The notes below the pieces were generated by a model. The model was not told where the DNA came from. It saw only the letters and a program-made list of their open reading frames with translations, and searched no databases. A DNA stretch of 64,000 bases. Source: Ruditapes philippinarum. Its lineage: Eukaryota. The stretch covers positions 372,001 to 436,000 of the forward strand of contig NW_026861391.1 of assembly GCF_026571515.1 (NCBI RefSeq), read 5' to 3'. Numbering within the stretch: the stretch's first letter is position 1; each line of letters begins with the position of its first letter. A program made the position numbers and the translations under genes. Shown here in pieces: positions 27,135 to 37,674 of this stretch.

Positions 27135-28562
27135 TCTAGCTATCTTACACCTAGGGACAAAACATTCCGTTTATCTATATTACATTCAGGGACAAAGCAT
27201 TCTGTTTATTTATCTTACATGCAGGGTCAAAGAATTCTGTTTATCTATCATACATGCAGGGACAAAGCATTCTGTTTATCTTTTTTACATGCAGGGACAA
27301 ATCATTCTGTTTATATATCTTACATACAGGAACACAACATTCTGTTAATCTATCTTACATGCAGGGACAAAGCATTCTGTTTATCTATATTACATTCAGG
27401 GACAAAGCATTTGGTTTATTTATCATACATGCAGGGTCAAAGAATTCTGTTTATCTATTTTACATGCAGGGACAAATCATTCTGTTTATATATCTTACAT
27501 ACAGGAACACAACATTCTGTTAATCTATCTTACATGCAGGGACAAAGCATTCTGTTTATCTATTTTACATGCAGGGACAAATCATTCTGTTTATATATCT
27601 TACATACAGGAACACAACATTCTGTTAATCTATCTTACATGCAGGGACAAAGCATTCTGTTTATCTATATTACATTCAGGGACAAAGCATTCTGTTTATT
27701 TATCTTACATGCAGGGTCAAAGAATTCTGTTTATCTATTTTACATGCAGGGACAAAGCATTCTGTTTATCTATATTACATTCAGGGACAAATCATTCTGT
27801 TTATCTATCTAACATGCAGGGACAAAGCATTCTGTTTATCTATTTTACATGCAGGGACAAATCATTCTGTTTATATATCTTACACACAGAAACACAGCAT
27901 TCTGTTTATCTATTTTACATGCAGGGACAAAGCATTCAGATTATCTGTTTTACATGCAGGGACAAAGCATTCTGTTTATCTATCTGACATGCAGGGACAA
28001 AGCATTCTATTTGTCTATCTGACATGCATGGATAAAGCATTCTGTTTACCTCTCTTACGTGCAGGGACAAAGCATTCTGTAACATGCAGGGACAAAGCAT
28101 TCTGATTATCTATATAACATGCAGGGAAAAATCATTCTGTTTATTTTTCTTACATGCAGGGACAAAGCATTCAGTTTATCTATCTTACATGCAGGGCCAA
28201 ATCATTTTGTTTATATATCTTACATGCAGGGACAAATAAAATTCAGTTTATCTATCTTTCATGCAGGGACAAAGTACTTTGGTCATCTATATTACATGCA
28301 GGGACAAAGCATTCTGTTTATCTATCTTACATGCAGGGACAAAGCATTCAGTTTATCTATCTTACATGCAGGGACAAACCATTCTGTTTATATATCTTAC
28401 ATGCAGGGACAAAGCCTTCAGTTTATCTATCTTACATGCAGGGACAAAGCTTTCTGTCTATATATCTTACATGAAGGGACAAATCATTCTGTTCATATAT
28501 CTGACATGCTGGGACAAATAAAATTCAGTTTATCTATCTTTTATGCAGGGACAAAGTACTTT
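27135..28562. repeat. 35-bp minisatellite, ~41 units (ACATGCAGGGACAAAGCATTCTGTTTATCTATYTT)
   Basis: Directly visible tandem units without spacers; variant units recur at multiples of 35 bp. Confidence 0.97.
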
Positions 28563-28620
28563 GGTAATGGTCATTAGGCTGTACTTCTTTCTACATATTT
28601 ACACAATATTTTATGTCGAT

Positions 28621-28726
28621 AGAAATAAAGCCCAACACGGCAAAATTGAAAATGTTGCAGGCTCGGTTTGATTGAGCCTGTTAATGGACGGTACTGTCAA
28701 GTGCAAACTACCGTCCACGCCCCCTA
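28621..28726 (-). repeat. Multi-hairpin dispersed element, copy C (inside the minisatellite interruption)
   Basis: AAAGCCCAACACGGCAAAATTGAAAATGTTGCAGGCTCGGTTTGATTGAGCCTGTTAATGGACGGTAC. Confidence 0.85.
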
Positions 28727-28749
28727 TGTGTTTTATTTATTTCGTCTTA

Positions 28750-29215
28750 TGTAACCATGACCATTGTTAGAATTTCACTTGGCAGGGATTAATTTTATTT
28801 AATTTAGGAACATATTGGGGCTAAGAGTGAGGTTTTGCGCGCCTAAAACCGGTTTAAACTCCCAAGTGGTTTAACTACCACTGGCCGTTCCAAGGCGGTA
28901 CCCCTCTGTGTTCCTTCACGTGTTTTTCATGTCTGTATTGTTACTTGTTTTTGAATGTTTACATGTTTTGTGATGTCTGCCTTGTTGGATTGTCGTTTAC
29001 GGTAGGTATTTTCTCACCCCTCCAATCCCTTACAGCACTTACCTCTTTAATTCCCGTTTTAGTTTATATTGTTTCTTGCATTGCATGTCCCTCTCCTTTC
29101 GCCACCCGTATGTCCACACCCGGTTTTGGTTAGGTCCCTTCTGGGCGCCCTGCTTGAGTGTGTCACGGGCTTCGTCCTGTGAACGTTGCCTTTGTCTTGT
29201 TGATTTTTAATCTTG
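28750..29215 (+). repeat. Interspersed repeat (unclassified), homologous to 46840-47350
   Basis: GTAACCAT...GTTAGAATTTC.CTTGGC.GG...GGGGCTAAGAGTGAGGTTT...GTTTAAACTCC...CCGTTC.AAGG.GGT shared. The 3' part is also seen at ~33785-33840 and, inverted, at ~38005-38120. Confidence 0.75.
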
Positions 29216-29217
29216 TT

Positions 29218-29376
29218 TTTTACATGCAGGGACAAAGCATTTTGATTATCTATTTTACATGCAGGACAAAGCATTCAGTTTGTCTGTCTTACATCAAGGG
29301 ACAAAGCATTCTGATTATCTATTTTATATGCAGGGACAAAGCATTCAGTTTATCTATCTGACATGCAGGGACAAAG
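29218..29376. repeat. Continuation of the 35-bp minisatellite (~4.5 units) after a ~650-bp interruption
   Basis: Same unit sequence as 27135-28562. Confidence 0.93.
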
Positions 29377-31212
29377 TATATGGTAAACTTGTTTGATGAA
29401 GTATTGTATATAACTAATCAGCAGCTGACCTTTTGAATTGTTTTTCCACCCTCTAATATAAAACCCGTTTGTCGATTCGCAAGGACAAGCCTAATTCGCC
29501 AATGACACATATATAAATAAATTTGTAGCTTAAACAATATTTATTTAAAGAAGACACTGTTACTTTAATCAGAATCTAAAATATACAGATTTTTTTTCAA
29601 TAAACATACATAATTATCGTATAAAACATGCTGTTAAAGAACATTTATGTTTACACGCAATTTTCCCAAATGTTTTCAAGTTCAGTCACAGTTTAAAACA
29701 GGTGTGTTTAATTTAATTTTAATTTTTTTATAAGTTCAGAGAAGAAGTATTACGCAAGTACACATTAATTTCAGCCGCATACTATACGCACACTGAGTAA
29801 ATAACAAATAGTGGAGACTATTTACAATAGTTTGTATTCGATAGGTGTCTTTATAAAAACAGTGATACGGAGCGGATTACTTCGTTCAAACTCACTCCTT
29901 TTTGAAACTGGTATTTTTATGTTTATTTCCGGTAAACATTCATTGCATCCTCATGTGGTTATTTTGTTTCTTGTTGTATGATTTGTTTCTTTGCTCATTG
30001 ATTGGATATTGAGTCCATATTAGATTTCGTATACGGTTTGTTATAGCGTTTCACAAAAAGATGATCACTCATATTTTTCTTTATTTTGCTACTTATTAAC
30101 CGGTCTATGTATATACACAATTGTACCAACAGTATTCCTCTGTTGTTTTTATAATAAAAGTATGATTGTGTCCTATATAGTTCAAATTCAGATTATTGTA
30201 TTCAACTATTGTCGTTCCCCGTTTATGTGTTTAGTACTTGTTTATTTATTATCATAATTTTACAATAAAATTTTAAAGGAGATGCTGGTCTTGACAGCAC
30301 TTAATGTTTACGAGTGAAGAATGCCACTTCGAATTTGTATAGGAATATGGATTGCTGTTGTCTTCTTCCATTAAAGAAACGTCAAACCTTTTTTTAAATA
30401 GTGTCACATTATATCAAATGAATATTTCTATAACATGTATAGGCAGTCAAATTATGTTGTTGACAAAGCATGTCTTTGTTATTTATCACACATGAATAGT
30501 ATACGTGAACAGAATTAAATGTTTCAAGCAAACTAGTATGCTGCTATTTTAGTAGTGTTGTAACCGTTCAGCGTGAGCATGCGCATTTTGCTTGTTGTTT
30601 AGGACAAGGTTTTTTTTCAGAATTTGATACAGGATATATAGTATTATACACTTAAAGAATGATAATAGAAACGTTTACATATAAAGGTTAAATTTATAAA
30701 GGGATCAAATAAAATATTTTCTTTTTCTTAATTGTAAGTGTATAACGTACATATACTTCCATCACATAGTATGAAAAATAAAATAAAAACAAGTTGATAT
30801 ATATAATAAGAATTTATTACATTGTGGCTAAAAAAAAACACTGTAAAAGAATTATAATAAATTACCTGAATAGCTGATGCCCATTTGGAATAATAATTTA
30901 TACGTGAAATGTAAAGATTATAGGACGGAGTTATAACGAGATTTTTAGACAAATAAAACAAAGCTTAAACATAATGCATATTTAAAGATGTAGATACTGT
31001 TATCGAAATAGAATATTCAAGATGTAGATAGTGCAGTCAAAATGTTACTCTTTGTTTCTGAACTTTTTCATAGCTGTCATTTCATATGTCAATTTTCTCA
31101 TTTCATTTTTCTTTTTTATTTCTATATTCCTATACTCGACTCAAATTTTTTTCCAGATGTTCTTAAATCTTTACTAATTGAGATTCATATTTGTTTTGTT
31201 TCTAGTTATTAT

Positions 31213-32217
31213 CTAGTTCTCTGAAACTACTCTCGTGTTTGGAGACTCGGTGTCCTTTTTAGGTAAAACAGGTGTACATCCAATGGCAACAGTTTCATAG
31301 GTTCTTTCATAAAGAAAGCTGTTTCTTTCGTCACAAATTGTATTTCCATTTTCGTCATATTTCTGTTTTAACACCTTGTATCTGTACGGTATTTCTGTAC
31401 ACTGAGGTGTCAATAACTTTTCTGCTCGTTTACTATTACACGTTCTTCTGCATTTCCTACTATGGCTCTTCCCTTTACAATTACATTTCCTTCGATTCGA
31501 TTGTAAATACCGAACTTTACTGCATGTACATTTAGCTGTGTTAATGATTGGAGGGTATCTGTTTAGATCGTGACTTAAAAGAAAGTGATACGGACATAAT
31601 GACCTGTCGTTTAGATTATCGCTATTATGTTTCAAAGTCCGTGAACACCTTCGATTTCCAAACGAGTGTGTTAAATTACCCCTCATTTCTCTAGCGTGTT
31701 TGTCCTGCAAACCAATCTGTTTGAAGATGCCGGGTAGTAACTGGAAAGAAGGATGGATTGCAGTTTCAGCTAACCACTCTATGTATTGTTCGCGTAGATT
31801 TCTCGGAAGGGTCGAGTCATTGTTACATGAATGTGCAAATATCAACTTCACGAATACTAGACCCTGAAAACAAAAGGAAAAAAATCATTGAAAATAAGAA
31901 GAATATAAAATCAAGCTATTTTTATAGTAGTTTTGTAGTGAAAAGATGATCATTGATTTATATTCAATGTTAAGTAAAACTAAACAAATGTGATAATGAG
32001 CTTCAAAATAGCCCGTTCTTTTATTAGAAAAAAAACATTTAAAAATGATTTACATGAAAGCACTACCAATCCGTTATATATTTGCATGTTAAATTATGGT
32101 CTTTGTGTGCTTACAATTTGTGAACATATTAATTGACAAATATTATTTTGTTATTATAAAGATGTAATAAATATCTGAATAAAAATATCATACCATAAAC
32201 ACTAGTGGCCACAGCAT
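31213..32217 (-). CDS. IL17: IL-17-like cytokine #4, recent paralog of #3 (exons 32217-32194 and 31863-31213)
   Basis: Exon 1 MLWPLVFM|GTATGA; exon 2 is 651 nt, the same length as in #3; 16 aa differences from #3 in the mature protein. Confidence 0.9.
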
Positions 32218-35200
32218 ATTTTTGTTTTAATTTTCGCATTAATTGATAACCTTGGTTGCTTTTCGTTTGAACACAGTGATGTTATATCGGTTACTTTTAT
32301 GCGTATTTATGACGGGATTCGACGATTTTCCAAATTTCGGACGAAATTACACATGCTTATTCATAAAAAAATACCATAGTAATGTCGCAATATTCATATA
32401 CATTCGTATAGTAAACATGTTCCGTTGAAATATTAAGAATGTCAAGGGGCATTCACCTGGTTTCTGACTTGTTTGATATCGCGATAATTTGATAAATACA
32501 TGTTTTATTGGTGTTAAGGAAACTATGTCGTTCATCACTCACTTAAATATAACGACACATTTTAATAGTATAATGTAGGCGTTCCCAATCATGAATTCAT
32601 TAACTAATGTGCGATCGTGTGGGCAAATAAATGAGCAAATGATGTGAATAAGGAAAACAAATCTGAAATTGTGTGCAGAATACGTTTTATGTTTGTTTTT
32701 AAACCGATTGACTAACTAGTTCGTACGAAATATCAATCTAATTGAGTTAAATAATGTTTAATGTAACAATGTAGTAAATAATCATAAACCTTGACCGTTT
32801 CATAATTCAAAAAACGAAAGTGTTTTCTTTGGTAATTTTGGATAATACAGATAAGATATCATTAAGGATTACATAACATGTAGAATCTAGTTAATTATAC
32901 ATAGATAAATCTACTCTTGGCGGATGTTAGCTTTAGTGTTACAGAGTTTAAAAAGACCTGCCAGAAAAAAGCCCAAATACATGTATATGATTTTAGAATA
33001 GCGCGTATATAGAAGCGATGAAATATACCCAAAAGAAAGAGAAAACATACAAGCAAAGAAGTGAAGGAAACACGTGAAGTCACCATGAAAATAGTACAGT
33101 AAGGTAATTTCTTTAGGACATTACAAAATATAATTTTAATCAGCCTCCTTAATTAAGCACTGTGATAAGTCGATTGTAAGTGTACACCGTTACCAGCATA
33201 TATAATTATAATTAGTTGTTCATTTATTTGTGACTCAGCACTTGAACTAATATTATTCTGTTTTCCTCTGTGTGTGTGTGTTTTTTTTTTAAATAAGTTT
33301 TGATAATGTTTAAATATCTTCTCTGACAACATGTCGAATAATCTATGTTCATCATTGCATATTTCTTAAGGCATAGTATGTATGTGTGCCATATGAGATT
33401 AACTTTTTAACTGAAATGTATTTCTTTCATTCAGATATTGTATTCAGACTGTGGTATTCGTCATAATACGTCATTGATGGTGAACTTTTAGTTTTTGATA
33501 ATTGTTATTGGTGTTCAAAAAGTGTGTGTTTAACCGTGTCAGGCACACTTTGCAGTTTAAAGGTTTGAATTTATGTGACTCATCGGTTGATCTACAAAGT
33601 AGTTGTATGTGGAAACAATGAAAGACGTGCAGCAAGGCTAACTGTAGCATATTTTTGATTGACTGGCTAAAGTAAAATTATAAAGATAATATCATGATCT
33701 GCGGACATTGTTAATGGTGCTGGTTGAATGACAAGCGTTGTTTGGACTTTTTTGTTTTGGGTCCTCCACTGGCTCTTGTTACTGGGTCGGGTGGGGGCTG
33801 CGTTCATTGAACGCCGCCTTTCCTTGATGATCTTGTTTATCATATATTATATTTCAAATAAATGTTTGATATAAATTCAAAAAAATGTTTAATCTAAGAT
33901 ATAAATAAAACACTGGGTATATACTTTGGAAAAGAGATATCCATGCAATATATTTTAACTTTCTACTTGTTGACCTTAATACTATTTTACTGTTTAGGTC
34001 AAAACCAAAGGAACAAAACATTTTAGTAAAATTACATCTGTTATAGATAAAGTAAATGGGACATTAGAAAATTGATTAAGATATAAAATATATTGTTTAA
34101 ATTACACATTAACTGTTTTCCTTTGTTGTTTGCTTTTTTACAATACATGAAATAAATAGATCAAAGAAAATATACTTGATGATAGTATATTCATAAATAA
34201 AGTTTCTACATGTTTATTTTAAACATAATTTAAGAATGACAATTTAATAGAGATAACCGCCATAGGGAGAAATAGAGAGTGAGCCCAGTAGTAAATAAAT
34301 TCATTCACATAATTGCCGTGTTTTTATCTTTCATTTAATTCAATAACATATTTGAACAAGATCTCATACGATTCGTTAATCGGAAGGAAGTTAATTTCGG
34401 GTTATACTGCATCGATTACATTAAAATACCGTGTTTGAATTCCCCGTTTTTTTATGGATTCATTAAGTTCCGACATGGGTTATCTTAAATATGAGCAAAG
34501 GATTAGAAACATTAAATGATATGAATTGCACCACTTTGATTCAACATGAAACGGAGTCTATTTAAAAGTTTGGTATGTATGCATTTGTCTTAGAAACATT
34601 ATCTTACAGACGAAAGTTTTGGAAACGAAACAATTAAAATCATAATTGACTCTTTCAATGTTTTCAATTTTCAGAATGTCAGTTCAATTTCTTTTTTAGG
34701 GAGTTTTAGTTTTGTTTTACAGATTAACGTAAAAAAATGCAAATGTCACAGATATATAACATCAGGGTATAAATGTGATGTACGCGTTCCTGATCAGATG
34801 CCATACAGAAAGCTTTTGTCAGAAATTAGTTTACTTTTTATCGCTTGATGTTTTAACTCATTTATCTCTCTTTATAAATGAACACAATGAATATAAAGAG
34901 TTAATTACAAAAGGTTAAGGAAACTATTGTCATATTTTAAATATATCTAAAAAAGAACAATTGCTAGTTTACGTAAACGTTTTTATTACTTTAAATTTTC
35001 TAAAAAAAAAAATTAAATAAATCTTAACAGGAAACAATCAGTTCTGGATGGAATAAGAGATTTTTAAATTTGGAGTAGAATGAACGATGGATGAATTAAT
35101 TCGTTAAGGTTTATTCTCAACATCATTTTAAAACTTATTTTTAAATTATATGTCACAGCCTAGGATGGATTACAGACTAAGGGGATAAATATGTGTCGTA

Positions 35201-35750
35201 ATTCTAAATTTTGGCCAAATTGTTATAATTTTGTTTGATAAATACACCATGTAACCATCTTGTTTTTTTTTTGTATTTTTCGACATAAGAATTTCTACCT
35301 CGAATATGTATGTTGAATTCAAAAATCCTAAGTACATAGAATACTGTGGGCAACATAAAGCTTTTATTTTCGCTAGCTTAAAGATATTTACTGTTTTAAC
35401 TTGATTCACACATTACTTAGAGTAGATTATGTTGTCATTCGTAATATTGTTATAAAATATTATATTATTTAAAAGGATAACTTAAGCTTAATGGTATATT
35501 ATATCAAATCTATATATTTTTAAGAGCAATTATTCGCGTGAAAGTTAAATCACAGTTTTCAAAAAAAAAAATCCGATATTTTTTTTGACAATTTGAAAAC
35601 AATGGTCGAGATTTCATTCTGGTAATCCAGTATGCTTTATATGCAGGCATCGATGTAAATATATTTAAAACAACTGTTTTATAGCAGGTGGCAAGGTGTT
35701 GGTTTCAAAGTAAAGATAAAATTCTATATATCTTTTTTATTTTCTTGAAG

Positions 35751-36356
35751 GTCTTAGCTTTAGCAGGAACCGGAATAGTGTTTGCAGAATGCATCGAGCC
35801 AGAAAACGCTGAAGAAATCAAACTCAACCTACAAAAGATAATTAAAGACACGTATCTGAACTATATGTCATTTTTCAATATCAAGAGCAACTTAGACAGG
35901 GTAAAAAGCCAGCTAAACGACACGGATAACTCTACTATTACAACAGATTTCAACCACCGAAGATCACAAACATACATTAGTAGGTTATATGGAGAGCCTA
36001 AATGTAAATCAAGACTACGATTTAGAGCACATGAAAACCACTCATCTAATGAAATATCATCATGTCCATGGTATCATATAATAGAATTTGACAGTGATAG
36101 GATTCCGTTAACTTTACTTAAAGCACGTTGCACGTGTGTAAACTGCCTCGTGCCAATGAGAAACGGGTACAGACGAGATCGAAACGCTACTAGTGGTTCC
36201 TGTAAGGAAGTTAGTTACCATATGCCTGTTATACGAAGACATTGTGTTGGTGGTGAGTTTCAGTATCGTATTGCTATAGAAAACATTCCTGTTGGGTGCA
36301 CATGTCAAAGGTGTAACCGAAATAAGAAACAAGGAAAGACGACAGCACAAATATGA
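35751..36356 (+). CDS. IL17: IL-17-like cytokine #5, main exon (first exon unresolved)
   Basis: Acceptor TTTCTTGAAG at 35750, then VLALAGTGIVFA-EC (end of a signal peptide); ISSCPWY....DSDRIP..L.KARCTCVNC...CKEV.Y..PVIRR.C...IPVGCTC. Confidence 0.9.
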   Translation, partial: VLALAGTGIVFAECIEPENAEEIKLNLQKIIKDTYLNYMSFFNIKSNLDRVKSQLNDTDNSTITTDFNHRRSQTYISRLYGEPKCKSRLRFRAHENHSSNEISSCPWYHIIEFDSDRIPLTLLKARCTCVNCLVPMRNGYRRDRNATSGSCKEVSYHMPVIRRHCVGGEFQYRIAIENIPVGCTCQRCNRNKKQGKTTAQI

Positions 36357-37594
36357 TTGGAAGATTTATCGGGCATTTCATGACAAAGCTTCCTTTAGTC
36401 ATATAAGCTTTAAGTTAAAAGACAGGGAAGGGCCCACGATAATGTTGTAAAAACTTTTGGCCCAACCCTTTTGTATATTGTGTAATTTTGTTAATGTAAA
36501 TGAATTGATGTATATTTATATATGCAATAAAATATTATTTAACTAAAGTTAAAAGACAAATATATGCATTATCGTGAAAAAATAATTTTATCTTTAATAT
36601 GATGAAACTTAAGTTATTATAAAACTGGTGATTTAAAATAACTGATTGCTGAATGACCTACTTGACAGAAAACTGTTGTCGGAGTTAGACTCTCTAGATT
36701 ATGTCAGTTGATTTATTAATTGATGAAGAAGATTATTTATTTAAGTTTATTTATTTATTTATTTATTTAAGTTATAGATTGCATGACTTGTATTCTTTGT
36801 TTGTACTCAATAAAAATGAATCAACAATTCAATCTTTTCACTTTATGGTCAAGACAAAATATGTGTCAAGAGATGTTTAAGAATAAAACAGAGCTACATG
36901 ATGCAATGTTTTTCTGCCTTTCATCTTGAAAATGCAAATAAATAAGAAACGGGTCTATTACTGTAACACAAGAATTATACGAAAATGTGAGAAAATCTTA
37001 TGATTTCATTTTACAAGTCTAATAGTGACACAAGAAACAAACTTTAGCGAAAAAAAAGTATGTATATCTAGAATGATATGCTATTGCATAAGCAACAAAC
37101 TCATAAAGTCATGAGACTAGTGTGATAACAGATAGAATGGGCGAGACTACTGCATTAACTAGTAATTGCTAAAAATTTTATATCAAACTTGATCATATTT
37201 TTAGAATTGTAGACGTAGCATAGCCAAAAAGCATTACTTAAAGTAAGTAAAAAATATTTTTATTTTGTTTTAAGTTTCCAACAAATTACAATGCATTTAA
37301 AGTTTGAAATACGCGGATGAATATCAGTTTAATCAATGAAAATGCTATTTCTAGCAATGTCGATTACCGAATACTTCAGAGCGTAGTACAAAAATAAATC
37401 TGACTATTGGGTAGTTGCATATATACATGTTGGACTGTTTTGGCGAGAAGATTTTCGCTAAATTATTTTAATCAGCATTAAAAGACATGTTTATCGTGAA
37501 CAAAATACCTCGAAATTAATACGGATTACAAACCTGAAATTGAAATTCCAAATTTAGAATTATTAGATTCTATTCAGGCTTTCTTCGAACAATT

Positions 37595-37674
37595 TCCCCG
37601 TGGTGCAGGGGTTACGCGCTCGTATAGGTTGTGAGAGGTCTGGGGTTCAAAACCCAGTGGATGCAACTTTTTTT
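37595..37674 (+). other. tRNA-like Pol III A/B-box unit, probably repeat-borne
   Basis: TGGTGCAGGGG...GGTTCAAAACCC followed by a T-run; I could not fold a clean cloverleaf. Confidence 0.4.

Larger units (their letters stand above)
26000..32890. repeat. Tandem segmental duplication, copy 2 (contains IL-17 #4)
   Basis: Colinear with 17450-25112; lacks the mariner and the 23.2-25.0 kb LINE-bearing block but carries the minisatellite. Confidence 0.88.

Noticed and set aside
27108-28577. Long repetitive ORFs (234, 152, 106 aa and others) and a CRISPR-like look
   Set aside because: Frame-cycling translations of a 35-bp tandem unit; no unique spacers, no cas genes, eukaryotic context.
28655-28682. 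GGCTC...GAGCC resembling a histone 3' stem-loop; possible ribozyme
   Set aside because: Loop length and flanks do not fit, there is no histone gene, and no hammerhead CTGATGA/GAAA core is in register.
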